A stretch of DNA of 64,000 bases from Nitrospirota bacterium (GCA_963751455.1 CAVVUN010000015.1:1024001-1088000); one strand, 5' to 3'; positions 51,933 to 64,000 are shown, numbered from the stretch's first letter. The notes: a model not told the origin generated them from the letters alone. A program made the numbers and translations.

Positions 51933-52427
51933 TTATTCCGCCCTGGTGAACGCCTGTTTCCCGGATTTGCAGACCGGACATTGATCCGGAGCGTGCCCCT
52001 CGGCAGTATAGCCGCAAACCTTGCATACGTAGTAATCGAGAACGGTATTTTCCCCGAGAGTCTCGAGCGCCTTCTGGTACAGCGAGGCATGGACCTTCTC
52101 CACTTCGTTCGCCAGAGAAAAGGTCCGGACTGCAAAATTACTCTGTTCGGCCTGTGCATCGGCAATCATTTTCGGATACATCTGCTGGAATTCATAGGCT
52201 TCTCCGTTGATGGCGGCCAGCAGGTTCTCCTTTGTCGATTTGACCCCGCTCAATTCCTTCAAGTGATTGTGCGCATGGACGGTTTCGGCCGCAGCCGCTG
52301 CCCGGAACAACTTCGCCACCTGCGGGTAGCCTTCCTCCTCGGCTTTCCTTGCAAAGGCCAGGTATCTCCTGTTCGCCTGGGACTCGCCGGCGAATGCGTC
52401 CCGCAGATTCTGCTCGGTTTTTGACAT
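51933..52427 (-). CDS. rbr: Rubrerythrin
   Basis: AFAGESQANRRY, ETVHA, EKVH, CKVCGY...CPVC. Confidence 0.93.
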   Translation of the reverse strand: MSKTEQNLRDAFAGESQANRRYLAFARKAEEEGYPQVAKLFRAAAAAETVHAHNHLKELSGVKSTKENLLAAINGEAYEFQQMYPKMIADAQAEQSNFAVRTFSLANEVEKVHASLYQKALETLGENTVLDYYVCKVCGYTAEGHAPDQCPVCKSGKQAFTRAE

Positions 52428-52521
52428 TTTATTCCTCCTCGTTGAGTGGTTGTGACAATCGGATCAATGGTTTAATTTTAGCTTATTTTATCTCGAACAT
52501 TCTGAAGCTTGATGTTTCCCT

Positions 52522-52974
52522 TTACGCACAGGTATGCTCGGGTTCCCGCGCTTTCCTCCAGCCTTCACGGGCGAGACGCTCCATACGCCGGGTGCTCCAC
52601 GTCCTCATCTCCTCAAAATATCGTTTTTTGTCAATCTTCCACAAGGAAAGGAGCTCTTGCCGTTCCCGGGCTGAATCGATATGGTCTTTGGGATAGATAC
52701 CCCTCCACGTGCAATACCCTTCATCAAAGATATATTCGGGGATGATTACGTCCGATCCTGTCAGCTTTGATGTCGCGAAGCGCGCGATATCCATGTCGTA
52801 CTCGATGATCCACCCGTTATCGGCAAGCATCGTATCCGGGTTGAAGCGGACCGAAGGAGAGCAGGCAGGGCAGTAGAGGGCGTTTACGGCCTCCACGGGC
52901 AGAATATCGTCTTTGAAATTGAAACTTGCGCCGGTTTTCCCGCAGAAACAGCTCATGGCATGATCTACACACAT
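52522..52974 (-). CDS. Conserved hypothetical Cys-rich protein
   Basis: CFCG, YCPAC, DNGWIIEYD; GGAGG RBS; heads the rubrerythrin operon. Confidence 0.65.
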   Translation of the reverse strand: MCVDHAMSCFCGKTGASFNFKDDILPVEAVNALYCPACSPSVRFNPDTMLADNGWIIEYDMDIARFATSKLTGSDVIIPEYIFDEGYCTWRGIYPKDHIDSARERQELLSLWKIDKKRYFEEMRTWSTRRMERLAREGWRKAREPEHTCA

Positions 52975-53032
52975 AAAATTCCTCCTGCCGCGGGATCGCG
53001 ATAGCCGCCCGCAGCTGATTCGAAACATCTAA

Positions 53033-53048
53033 TTAGTAATAATTCTAA
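53033..53048 (-). promoter_or_regulatory. Putative PerR/Fur-like box
   Basis: TTAGAATTATTACTAA (minus strand) upstream of the rubrerythrin operon. Confidence 0.5.
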
Positions 53049-53239
53049 ATTAGGAAAAGTTATTTGTCAAGATAAAACCGGATAAATCCGGTACGATAAC
53101 GTCCCGTCCTGCACCGAATTTAATCACGTGCTCAAAATACCATCCGGCAGAGCCGCCCGAAAAAACGTGTTAGACAGCTTTCCCGCTATTGCATCCGCGG
53201 AAATCAAGGATTTCGAGCAGTTCATACCTGGTGAACGAA

Positions 53240-53255
53240 TGGCACGCGCCTTGCT
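53240..53255 (+). promoter_or_regulatory. sigma54 promoter of the second PII gene
   Basis: TGGCACGCGCCTTGCT. Confidence 0.85.
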
Positions 53256-53280
53256 TTAGTTTCCACAGAACGATCGATAA

Positions 53281-53652
<372 letters not shown>

Positions 53653-53891
53653 GGTACACTTTGCATTTTTCAATTCCGGCTTGTCCCGTTGCGAAGGATT
53701 AAACTATGATCCTTAAACGGATGAGAGGACTGATGATGGCTAAATAATAGATCGCATTCTGCTTAATTATTAACCATGTGCCTAAAAGCTCAACAGAGGG
53801 GGACCTGGCGAGAACCATACTTCGGAGTTCATGCTCATAGTGTGTATTGAATTCAAGGGTATTTTTTGAGTCGTGTAAATGCCTGGTGTCG

Positions 53892-53907
53892 TGGCATGAG
53901 CATTGCT
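53892..53907 (+). promoter_or_regulatory. sigma54 promoter of the second amtB
   Basis: TGGCATGAGCATTGCT. Confidence 0.8.
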
Positions 53908-53952
53908 TAATATAAAAACATATGCCCTAATCTTGCACACTTTATCGGAGGT

Positions 53953-55287
53953 ATGGTGACAATGAAAGATAGTCTCTTTAAAAAACTCTTTGCTCTACCG
54001 GTTTTGTTCGCTGCCTTTTTGATATCGCCGGCTGCGGCCCTTGCCCAGGAAGCGTCTGCCGCAAAGATCGATACCGGCGACACGGCCTGGATACTGGTGT
54101 CCACGGCCATGGTGATGCTCATGACGCCCGGGCTTGCTCTTTTCTACGGCGGCATGGTAAGAAGAAAAAATGTGCTGGGTACGATCATGCACAGCTTTGT
54201 AGCCATCGCCCTGGTCAGTGTTCAGTGGATTTTGTTCGGGTATTCGCTCACGTTCGGTCCCGATATCAAGGGGATTATCGGCAATCTTAGTTGGGCAGGA
54301 CTTGAGGGAGTGGGGCTTGCTCCGAATAGCGATTACGCGCCGACAGTGCCGCATCTCGCATTCATGATCTACCAGATGATGTTCGCGGTGATAACTCCGG
54401 CCCTTATCAGCGGCGCATTCGCAGAGCGGATGAAATTTTCGGCCTACCTTATTTTCGCACTGGTCTGGACGACCCTGGTCTATGACCCTGTTGCTCACTG
54501 GGTCTGGGGGTCGGGGGGATGGATGAAACAGCTCGGCGTGCTCGACTTCGCCGGGGGAATCGTAGTGCATGCAACGTCCGGGTTCTCGGCCCTCGCCGCC
54601 GCACTCTATATCGGCAAGAGAAAGGGGTTCCTGCATGAACCCATGCCGCCCCATGATCTACCCTTGACCGTGCTTGGAGCTGGACTTCTTTGGTTCGGCT
54701 GGTTCGGGTTTAATGCCGGCAGCGCCCTGTCTTCGGGGGGGCTTGCGACCATGGCTTTTGTCACCACTCATGCGGCCGCTGCGTCCGCAACGCTTACCTG
54801 GACCCTGGCAGAATGGGTCCACCGGGGAAAGCCCACAATGTTCGGGGCGGCAACGGGCGCAATTGCCGGTCTCGCCACAATCACGCCGGCCGCCGGTTTT
54901 GTCAGTCCCTTGTCGGCTCTTCTTATCGGCATTGCGGCGGGCCTACTCTGTTATACCGCGCTCAATGCCAAGACGAAATTCCGGTATGACGATTCTCTTG
55001 ACGCTTTCGGCGTACACGGTGTGGGCGGTACTCTCGGCACGATCGGGGCGGGTGTTTTCGCTTCCCTCGCCGTCAACTCGGCAGGCGCGAACGGACTGCT
55101 GTTCGGAAACCCGAAGCAGTTGGCAATCCAGGCAGGTTCGGTCGCATTGATCGCGGTCTATTCCTTTATCGTAACTATCGTGATCTTCAAGATAATCGAT
55201 GCAGTAATAGGACTGCGGGTAACCGGCGATGAAGAGACGGAAGGGCTTGATATAAGCCAGCATGGGGAAAGCGGGTATACGACGTAG
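53953..55287 (+). CDS. amtB: Ammonium transporter (second copy)
   Basis: [39 protein letters not shown]. Confidence 0.96.
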   Translation: MVTMKDSLFKKLFALPVLFAAFLISPAAALAQEASAAKIDTGDTAWILVSTAMVMLMTPGLALFYGGMVRRKNVLGTIMHSFVAIALVSVQWILFGYSLTFGPDIKGIIGNLSWAGLEGVGLAPNSDYAPTVPHLAFMIYQMMFAVITPALISGAFAERMKFSAYLIFALVWTTLVYDPVAHWVWGSGGWMKQLGVLDFAGGIVVHATSGFSALAAALYIGKRKGFLHEPMPPHDLPLTVLGAGLLWFGWFGFNAGSALSSGGLATMAFVTTHAAAASATLTWTLAEWVHRGKPTMFGAATGAIAGLATITPAAGFVSPLSALLIGIAAGLLCYTALNAKTKFRYDDSLDAFGVHGVGGTLGTIGAGVFASLAVNSAGANGLLFGNPKQLAIQAGSVALIAVYSFIVTIVIFKIIDAVIGLRVTGDEETEGLDISQHGESGYTT

Positions 55288-55293
55288 GAACGC

Positions 55294-55371
55294 CGCATAG
55301 CGCATGGCGCATGGAGCATAGCGAATCAGACAAAGACATAGCGAAAAATCTTTTGCGCTTTGCGCTATGCG
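55294..55371. repeat. Inverted heptamer array (GCATAGC/GCTATGC)
   Basis: GCATAGCGCATGGCGCATGGAGCATAGC...TTTGCGCTTTGCGCTATGCG; similar arrays at about 56247-56304 and 57500-57577. Confidence 0.6.
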
Positions 55372-56234
55372 TGTTTTGATTGCACCGTAAAAACGCCTGC
55401 CAGTATCAGGATGCCTCCCAGTACCTGGCTCACGGTTATGCGTTCGGCCAGAAAGAACGCGGCAAATACGACCGCGATAAAGGGCACGAGATAATGATAT
55501 ACAACCGTCCTGGTCACGCCGATCTTCTTCACACCCTCATACCAGAGGGTGAACGCGACGCCTCCGGACAGAAACGTAGAGAATATGAATGCTGTCCAGG
55601 AGGGGATGGATATTGTTGTCCATGACTGATGCATCAACTCGTATGTGCCGACAGGGAGGAGCATCAGAGTCCCCGATGCCATGCTATACGCAGTTATTTT
55701 TATCGGGGAATACCTTTCGAGAAGCGGTTTTGCCGCAAGGGTATAGAGCGCCCAGAAAATCGAGGCGCAGAGGGTAAGCAGGTCGCCTGCGATGCCGCTG
55801 CGCGTGAATGTAAGGCCGCCGGTCTTGCCCGAAATAACGAGAAAGACTCCGGCTGTTGATAACGCCAGCCCCGCCCAGGTCCGCGGACTCATTATTTGCC
55901 GGTAAAAAGCAGCGGGGATTACGGCTGCAAACAACGGCGACAATGATATGAACAGAGACGAGTTGGTTGCGCTCGTGTAGTTGAGGCCGTACATGAACAG
56001 CAGGTTGTACATGAAGATGCCGATGAAGCCGAGTGTAATCACTCCGCGAACATCGCGGCTTTCGATCTCAAGCGGCTCCCGGGTCAGCAGCATGACGGTG
56101 ATGAGGAACAGCGAGGACAAGGCGAACCGCACCACCGTAAAGCTGAGCGGGTAAAAGTCTTCAAGGGCGTATTTGACGACTGCAAAATTGACGCCCCAGA
56201 TGACTGCGACCAGAAGAAGACGGGGATTGAGCAT
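55365..56234 (-). CDS. DMT/EamA family transporter
   Basis: IWGVNF, RF, two EamA repeats, about 10 TM helices. Confidence 0.88.
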   Translation of the reverse strand: MLNPRLLLVAVIWGVNFAVVKYALEDFYPLSFTVVRFALSSLFLITVMLLTREPLEIESRDVRGVITLGFIGIFMYNLLFMYGLNYTSATNSSLFISLSPLFAAVIPAAFYRQIMSPRTWAGLALSTAGVFLVISGKTGGLTFTRSGIAGDLLTLCASIFWALYTLAAKPLLERYSPIKITAYSMASGTLMLLPVGTYELMHQSWTTISIPSWTAFIFSTFLSGGVAFTLWYEGVKKIGVTRTVVYHYLVPFIAVVFAAFFLAERITVSQVLGGILILAGVFTVQSKHA

Positions 56235-56369
56235 GGTAAATTATTCGGCATGGAGCATGGCGCATAGCGTAAAATATTTTTTGCACTGCCCTATGCGCTC
56301 TGCCAGCGTAGCCGCCACTATACCATAAATTAGCTTGAATACTCAAATATATTGTGTTATCAATAACGT

Positions 56370-57494
56370 ATGAAGCCGCTGACAACAAGTATGCATGATC
56401 TGACGGCCGATATCATCACCGGTATCGTGGATGCCGTAATCGTAACAGATGCCGGCGGGCTGGTCCTCATCTGGAACCGGGCAGCGGAGGAGATGACGGG
56501 AATTGCCGCATCGGACGCTCTCGGAAAAAAAATAGGGTCTGTGATGCCGGACAACCCCGCGGTGATCCGCCAGATCGAGAAGACGTTTGCCTCCGGCCGG
56601 TCCTATTCGGATTATGAAGCGGAGCTTTTGAGCAAACACGGTTCCCCGCATCCGGCGGGGCTTGTCACGACCCTGCTCACGGACAACGACGGCAGCCCGA
56701 CAGGTGTGATCCTCACGATACGGGACCAGGCAGGCGTAAGGGACCTCAAGGAGCGGATGCGGCGGTCTGACCGTCTCGCAACGCTCGGAATGATAGCGGC
56801 AGGGATCGCGCATGAGGTCAAGAACCCGCTTGTCGGCATCAGCGGGGCTGCCCAGCTGATGAAGTCCGAACTCCTGCCGGGCAGAAAGGGCGAAAAAAAT
56901 TCAGGCGAAAACGGGAACCTGATTGAGTACCTTGACGTGATCCTGAAAGAATCGGACCGGTTGAACCGTGTGCTCGAGGGCATCCTCGACTTCACAAGAC
57001 TTAAACCGCAGGAGATAAAGCCGTATAATATTCACAGTATTCTCGATCGCGCCCTGCTCCTGAACGAGGAGAGCGCACGGCAGAGTGACGTAATGCTCAT
57101 TCGCCTGTACGATCCCAGCTTGCCGGATGTCCTCGGGAACGAGGATCAGTTGGTGCAGGTTTTCCTTAACCTCATTAAGAATGCGGTAGAGGCCATGGAC
57201 TATGGCGGAAAACTTACGGTAATTACGAGAATGTCCGACCAGTTTACAAGCGTGCAGGCGGACGGCAAGAAACACAGGCTGATGGTCGTCAAGGTGAGCG
57301 ATACGGGAAGGGGCATAAAACCTGAGCATCTGAATGAGGTCTTCACTCCCTTTTTTACGACGAAGGACAAAGGGGTGGGCCTCGGACTGGCTCTGTCATA
57401 CCAGATAATACAGGAGCACTTTGGCACAATCCGGGTCGAAAGCCAGAAGAACCAGGGAACGACGTTCAGCGTTTATCTGCCGCTCGCGGGCTAG
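56370..57494 (+). CDS. ntrB: PAS histidine kinase, NtrB-like
   Basis: AHEVKNPL, YDPSLP, QVFLNLIKNA, DTGRG, PFFTTK, GLGL. Confidence 0.8.
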   Translation: MKPLTTSMHDLTADIITGIVDAVIVTDAGGLVLIWNRAAEEMTGIAASDALGKKIGSVMPDNPAVIRQIEKTFASGRSYSDYEAELLSKHGSPHPAGLVTTLLTDNDGSPTGVILTIRDQAGVRDLKERMRRSDRLATLGMIAAGIAHEVKNPLVGISGAAQLMKSELLPGRKGEKNSGENGNLIEYLDVILKESDRLNRVLEGILDFTRLKPQEIKPYNIHSILDRALLLNEESARQSDVMLIRLYDPSLPDVLGNEDQLVQVFLNLIKNAVEAMDYGGKLTVITRMSDQFTSVQADGKKHRLMVVKVSDTGRGIKPEHLNEVFTPFFTTKDKGVGLGLALSYQIIQEHFGTIRVESQKNQGTTFSVYLPLAG

Positions 57495-57594
57495 GATTCG
57501 CAGAGCGCAAAGCGCATAGAGCATAGCGATAAATCTTTAAGGCTTTGCCCTTTGCGCCATGCACCATGCGCTATGCCAAATACTGAGTGTATAT

Positions 57595-59052
<1,458 letters not shown>

Positions 59053-59382
59053 TAGTATTTCTCGCTTTGCTTTTGGACATCCTTATCTTTGCCGCCTTGT
59101 TCCTCGTAAATTTGAAATTGCCTTTATCTTTGCTAAAGTCGAAGAGCAACAGTCTGACTTGTCCTTTCCCGTTTATCGGACCGAACCACTTCCACCTTAT
59201 CGACCGCAATCAAATGGATTTGTCGAAGCCGTATTATTTAAATCCCGCGACTATAATCACCGGGCTCCCGCCGAAGGGCGCGCCGTTTGCTGTTTAGTCT
59301 AACCGATTCTGACCGAGATTTGAGCTAGCCTGGATAACAGCTAGCCGCAAGAAAAATTAAAATATAATAAAGCAAAAAATAG

Positions 59383-59411
59383 TTGAAATAACCTAAAAAA
59401 TATGTTACAAT
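59383..59411 (+). promoter_or_regulatory. Putative sigma70 promoter
   Basis: TTGAAA-N17-TACAAT in an AT-rich region. Confidence 0.45.
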
Positions 59412-59452
59412 AAAGGTAAATAAAAACAAAGGAGGAATGAAAGGAGGAATGG

Positions 59453-59782
59453 ATGAAGAAGTTGAATTGCTGGCAGTTCAAACGGTGCGGCAGGGAAACG
59501 GGCGGAAACAAGGTGAAAGAACTCGGTACATGCCCTGCATCAACTGAACGGGCGCTTCACGAGATGCATAACGGCGAAAATTCAGGCCGGACGTGCTGGG
59601 TCGTGTCAGGGACATTTTGCGGTGGAGAAGTTCAAGGTACCTTCGCAAAAAAATTCCGGAGCTGTGAACAGTGCGACTTTTACAACCATGTCAAGCAGGA
59701 AGAAGGCTTGAAGTTCAAGATGTCCAGTATGCTGCTTGCGCAGCTTCGGGGTGTGAAGAACGGCCCTTCGAACGGCAAATAA
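59453..59782 (+). CDS. Cys-rich 'two-CW'-type domain protein
   Basis: NCWQFKRCGRE, CPA, GRTCWVVSGTFC, CEQCDFY. Confidence 0.7.
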   Translation: MKKLNCWQFKRCGRETGGNKVKELGTCPASTERALHEMHNGENSGRTCWVVSGTFCGGEVQGTFAKKFRSCEQCDFYNHVKQEEGLKFKMSSMLLAQLRGVKNGPSNGK

Positions 59783-59899
59783 GCATTCATTCCGCGCCGG
59801 GAGGATTTGGCCGGTTGTTTAATTTGAATTCATCCTTGTTCTTAGGCGCATCCTTAAGGCGGCCTTTGGCCCCTCTTGTGCAATGGATCGATACATGCT

Positions 59900-60574
59900 T
59901 TACGTAATGGGATCGAGCGTAATTTCAACCCGCCGGTTTTTTGCACGGCCGTCCAATGTGCTGTTACCCGAAACCGGATTGTTTTCGCCATGGCCGGTGG
60001 CGGCAAGCCGCTCCTTGACCACACCCCTGCTGTTCAAATAGAGGGCAACAGTGGCAGCACGCTTTTCCGAGAGTGCTTTATTATACTCAGCGGCACCGGA
60101 ACTGTCCGTATAGCCTGCTACTGTAACAAGCGTTGCTTTGTATTCATTCAGGACGATCGACACGGAGTCAAGCACACTGAAAAATCTCGAATCGAGGTCA
60201 GCGCTGTTCGTCTCAAAGGTCACGTCTCCAGGCATGATAAGACGTATGTCGTTTCCCTCCCTCTTAACGCCGACACCGGTGCCTTCCAGCTTCTTTCGCA
60301 ATTTTGCCTCCTGCACGTCCATGTAATACCCTGCCCCTGCGCCGGAAACCGCGCCGATGCCGGCGCCCAGGAGCGCGCGTTTAGTGCGGTCCTTCTTGCC
60401 GGCTGTTGCAGCCCCGAGAATCGCGCCTGTTACCCCGCCTATGGCGGATCCTTTAGCGGCACTTGATGTATGCTGCTCTCCGGTATACGGGTTGATTGTG
60501 TTGCATCCGACGAAAGAAAAAACGACACAAAGCGACATTACTACATTGCTCATATTTTTCATATAGTTCTCCAT
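59900..60574 (-). CDS. OmpA family lipoprotein (YiaD-like)
   Basis: Lipobox FVGC, NPYTG, glycine zipper, YMDVQE, GYTDS.G, LS.KRA, NRRVEI. Confidence 0.9.
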   Translation of the reverse strand: MENYMKNMSNVVMSLCVVFSFVGCNTINPYTGEQHTSSAAKGSAIGGVTGAILGAATAGKKDRTKRALLGAGIGAVSGAGAGYYMDVQEAKLRKKLEGTGVGVKREGNDIRLIMPGDVTFETNSADLDSRFFSVLDSVSIVLNEYKATLVTVAGYTDSSGAAEYNKALSEKRAATVALYLNSRGVVKERLAATGHGENNPVSGNSTLDGRAKNRRVEITLDPIT

Positions 60575-60859
60575 TACAGGTGTTCCTTCGCTGAAAAAAA
60601 GGCTTGGTAAGGGAAGCGAATTAAAGTTTATTTGATTCCATTACCTGCGTTTCGATTTTACCCCATTATATTTTAAAATAATGTGAGGCGAATTACAGAA
60701 AAGAGCGACCTGTTGCCGCTCCTCAGCACAATTTCTAACGCTGCATTATTCGCCTTTCAGACGGCTCGCTTGATAAAAAAGTTGGCCTCCCTTGAATCGT
60801 GCTACAATTAATCAAGAGAAATGATCATCAGTATGCGCCTTGAAAAGAAAGGAAATACT

Positions 60860-61783
60860 ATGAGAGCTGTGGTGATCAATAAATACGGAGGCAATGACGC
60901 AGTAGAGATAAGGGAAATGCCGCAGCCTGTCCCGGCGGCCGGAGAGGTGTTGATCCGTGTAAGGGCGGCGAGCGTGAATCCCATAGATTGGAAGGTGCGG
61001 CAGGGCATGCTCAGGGAAAGATTGGGAGACAAGTTTCCCATCCCGCTCGGCCGGGAGTGCAGCGGCGAGGTGGTTGAGACCGGAGGCAAGATTGCCCGCT
61101 TCAGAAAGGGTGACGAGGTGATCGCTGTCCTGAGTATCATCAGCATGGGATCCTTTGCGGAGTATGTGTCGGCGCCCGAGCAGTCCGTATTCCAGAAACC
61201 CAAGAATATTTCATTCGAGGAGGCCGCGACCATACCGATCGCGGGCCTGACGGCGCTCAGGTCTCTGCGTGACGCGGGCAGGATCAAGAACGGCATGAAG
61301 GTCGCCATAATCGGCGCTGCAGGCGGTGTCGGCCATTTTGCAATCCAGATCGCGAAGATCTTCGGCGCCGAAGTGACCGCAATCACTCAAGCGAGAAATA
61401 CGGATTTCGTAAGGAGCCTGGGCGCGGACAAAGTCAGGGACTACACGAAAGAAGACTTTACCGAAGGTCGCGAGAAATATGATATCATTTTTGATGCAGT
61501 TGCAAAGCGAAGCTTTGCCGAATGCAAAAAAGCTCTTTCACAAAACGGTATTTACATCACCACGCTTTCTATCAGCGGGCCCACCGAAGAGGAAGATAAA
61601 CGGGCCCGTGTGGTTTCCGGCGCACCCACGCGTGAGGACATGCAGTGGATGAAGGAGCGCATCGAAGAAGACAGGATAAAAATAGCCGTGAACAAGGTCT
61701 TTCCCCTTGCTTTGGCCGGCGATGCGCTGGCCGAGAGCGAGTCAGAGCAGGTGAGCGGCAAACTCGTGCTCAACGCCGCGTGA
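60860..61783 (+). CDS. NADP-dependent oxidoreductase (MDR/quinone reductase family)
   Basis: AASVNPIDWK, GAAGGVGH, LGAD, GKLV. Confidence 0.9.
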   Translation: MRAVVINKYGGNDAVEIREMPQPVPAAGEVLIRVRAASVNPIDWKVRQGMLRERLGDKFPIPLGRECSGEVVETGGKIARFRKGDEVIAVLSIISMGSFAEYVSAPEQSVFQKPKNISFEEAATIPIAGLTALRSLRDAGRIKNGMKVAIIGAAGGVGHFAIQIAKIFGAEVTAITQARNTDFVRSLGADKVRDYTKEDFTEGREKYDIIFDAVAKRSFAECKKALSQNGIYITTLSISGPTEEEDKRARVVSGAPTREDMQWMKERIEEDRIKIAVNKVFPLALAGDALAESESEQVSGKLVLNAA

Positions 61784-61815
61784 TGGCTTTCAAGAAAAGC
61801 CTGGAGGGTACTTCG

Positions 61816-63525
61816 TTAAACAAACAAATCCACGATCCTGAACTGTTTGACGTCAACGAGCCCTTTGTCCGTGAGCTTCAGTTCCGGGATTACGGGAAGG
61901 GCAAGAAACGAAAGTATGCCGAACGGGTGCTCTATTTTCACGCCCAGCCGCTTTGCCGCTCCGTCGACCGCCTCAAGTCTCTTCACGACGAAGCCGAGCG
62001 GTTTATCGGACATAAGTCCGGCGACCGGCAGAGGAATTTCAGCGGCGACCGTTCTCTTATTGACCACGACCAGCCCGCCATGCAGCTTCTTTAGCCTGTC
62101 TATTGCAAACAGAATATCCTCATCAACGGCGCCAACAACGATAATATTGTGGGAGTCGTGCGCGACTGTCGCTCCGATTGCCCCGGATTTGAGCCCGAAG
62201 CCTTTAACGAGGCCCAATCCAAGGTTGCCGGTCGAATGGTGCCGCTCGATCACCATGACCTTGAGGATGTCCCGCTCCGTATCGGAGGTCACATAACCCT
62301 CCTGCGTCTTCACGGGCATGACAACGTTTCTGGTTTCTATCTGGTCGGGAACGAGTTCAATGACTCTTGCCTGCCCTGTTTTGGCCCGAATCAGAACGTC
62401 CCTGAGACGTACCGGGGCCGGTCTCATCGTGCCCATTGTGCGCTCATGATATCGGTCTTTGATACACGCAATGCACCGCGGTCCTTCTGCCACGAGCTTG
62501 CCGGATTTGAAAACCTTCTCTACTTCGAAGTCGACAATATTGTTCACTACCACGATGTCGGCATCGTATCCCGGAAGAAGCGCTCCTTTGCTTCGGAGGC
62601 GGAAGTGTCGTGCCGGGTTGATCGTAGCCAATTGGACTGCGGTGACCGGGTCAAGGTCCAGACTCACTGCTTTTTTTAGGAGTCTGTTGATGCCGCCTAA
62701 GCTCAAGTCGTTTGCCTGAAAATCATCGGTAGCCAGGGTGAAAAAGCGGGAATTGGCCGGCGTTATTGCCGGCAGCAGAGCTTTCAGATCCTTTGCCGAA
62801 GAACCTTCGCGGATAAATACGGTCATTCCAGCCCTGATTTTTTCCCGAGCCTCATCCGCGGTCACGCACTCGTGATCGGAAGAGATACCTGCGCCTGCAT
62901 AGGCGGACAAATCTTTGCCGGTCAGTCCGGGGGCATGTCCGTCCAGCATCATATGCGAAAAGGCAAGCAGTTTTCTTACTACATCGGGATCGGTTGACAG
63001 CAGACCCGGATAGTTCATCATCTCGGCGAGACCCAACACCCGTTTGTGCCTTAAAAAGGAGACCAGGTCCTTTGCAGCAAGCTTCGCGCCGGAGGTCTCA
63101 AGAGACGTAGCCGGCACACAGGAAGGGAGCATAAAGTAGAAATCCAGAGGGAATCCTTCAGTGGCGTCGAGCATGTAACGGATTCCCCGCGTTCCGAGTA
63201 CATTCGCAATTTCATGCGGATCGGCAATCACCGTAGTTGTGCCGTGGGGCAGCGCGGCCCTGGCAAATTCAGCGGGGGTAAGCAGCGAGCTTTCTATATG
63301 CACATGGCTGTCGATGAAGCCGGGAAGGATGATTTTGGAGGAAAGATCTATGGTTTTTTTGCCGTTGTAGCTGCCGAGACCCGCAATTTTGCCGCCTGAA
63401 ACAGCCACGTCGGTTTTATATACTTCTCCGGAAAAAACATTGACAAGCGTGCCGCCCTTCAGTATGAGGTCGGCCTTCTGAAGGCCGCGCGCTACCGCGA
63501 TCCTGCGTTTAAATTCGTTTTGCAT
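61816..63525 (-). CDS. ade: Adenine deaminase
   Basis: PGFIDSHVHIESS, DPHEIANV, EMMNYPG, DGHAPG, SDHE, AHDSHN. Confidence 0.95.
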   Translation of the reverse strand: MQNEFKRRIAVARGLQKADLILKGGTLVNVFSGEVYKTDVAVSGGKIAGLGSYNGKKTIDLSSKIILPGFIDSHVHIESSLLTPAEFARAALPHGTTTVIADPHEIANVLGTRGIRYMLDATEGFPLDFYFMLPSCVPATSLETSGAKLAAKDLVSFLRHKRVLGLAEMMNYPGLLSTDPDVVRKLLAFSHMMLDGHAPGLTGKDLSAYAGAGISSDHECVTADEAREKIRAGMTVFIREGSSAKDLKALLPAITPANSRFFTLATDDFQANDLSLGGINRLLKKAVSLDLDPVTAVQLATINPARHFRLRSKGALLPGYDADIVVVNNIVDFEVEKVFKSGKLVAEGPRCIACIKDRYHERTMGTMRPAPVRLRDVLIRAKTGQARVIELVPDQIETRNVVMPVKTQEGYVTSDTERDILKVMVIERHHSTGNLGLGLVKGFGLKSGAIGATVAHDSHNIIVVGAVDEDILFAIDRLKKLHGGLVVVNKRTVAAEIPLPVAGLMSDKPLGFVVKRLEAVDGAAKRLGVKIEHPFGILSFLALPVIPELKLTDKGLVDVKQFRIVDLFV

Positions 63526-63684
63526 GACGATAAGAGGCGTTCGTGCTTTCCAGCTGCCTTACTTGAAAAGGATACAGCATGTTGCTAGAATTGTAAAGGA
63601 GGTCCCTGATTCCCCTCTCCCGATCCTCAGGGAGAGGGTAGACAGAGGGGTGAGGTTTTGCAGGGACTGAAGTGAGGTATTGCT

Positions 63685-64000
63685 ATGAAGAAGACAGAAG
63701 CTTTGCTGATCATAGACATGTTGAATGATTTTGTGCTCGCGGGCGCTCCTCTCGAAGTGCCTGATACGAGAACGATAGTCCCGGGCATCCGCAATGAGAT
63801 TCAGAAGGCGCATTCGGTTGCCCATCCGGTAGTGTATTTATGCGATTCGCATGATGCGCACGACAAGGAGTTCAGAAAATTCGGATGGCCGCCTCACGCG
63901 GTAAAAGGTACGAAGGGAGCGGAAATCATCGATGAGCTCAGACCTTCGGTTGATGATCTTATAATCCGTAAAAACAGCTATTCCAGCTTTTTCGGCACGA
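63685..64000 (+). CDS. Isochorismatase/nicotinamidase family cysteine hydrolase (runs off the window end)
   Basis: Hand translation MKKTEALLIIDMLNDFV...CDSH...WPPHAVKGTKGAEII...KNSYSSFFGT. Confidence 0.85.
   Translation, partial: MKKTEALLIIDMLNDFVLAGAPLEVPDTRTIVPGIRNEIQKAHSVAHPVVYLCDSHDAHDKEFRKFGWPPHAVKGTKGAEIIDELRPSVDDLIIRKNSYSSFFGT

Overview
Bacterial chromosomal window, probably from an anaerobic Nitrospirota- or Desulfobacterota-like lineage (inferred from gene content; not verifiable here). Many single-base frameshifts suggest an unpolished long-read assembly. From left to right: (1) a PgaC-like GT2 plus a TPR/beta-barrel gene; rtcA; a degenerate HEPN protein; a B12-radical SAM gene; an MFS transporter; (2) a transketolase-like enzyme lacking several canonical histidines, next to a KDDH-type RuBisCO-like protein; (3) a c-di-GMP cluster (REC-GGDEF, MshEN-like fragment, CHASE-PAS-GAF-HD-GYP, MBL hydrolase, PilZ); (4) a complete Mo-nitrogenase cluster (nifHDK, TSUP, fused nifEN, nifX, nifI1I2, fdxB, GNAT, nifB, hesA, homocitrate synthase) with sigma54 promoters; (5) an AT-rich integron-type cassette array of about 10 attC sites with no integrase in the window, carrying SEFIR/TIR, DUF559-like, cyclase-like and AlkD-like genes, headed by a J-domain/JAB pair and a TA module; (6) a nitrogen-assimilation block (putative porin-amtB-glnK, glnK, amtB, ntrBC-like) with a rubrerythrin operon; (7) housekeeping genes (OmpA, MDR, ade, nicotinamidase-like). 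Intergenic DNA is full of nested palindromic repeats, and five of them sit in frame inside nifEN.
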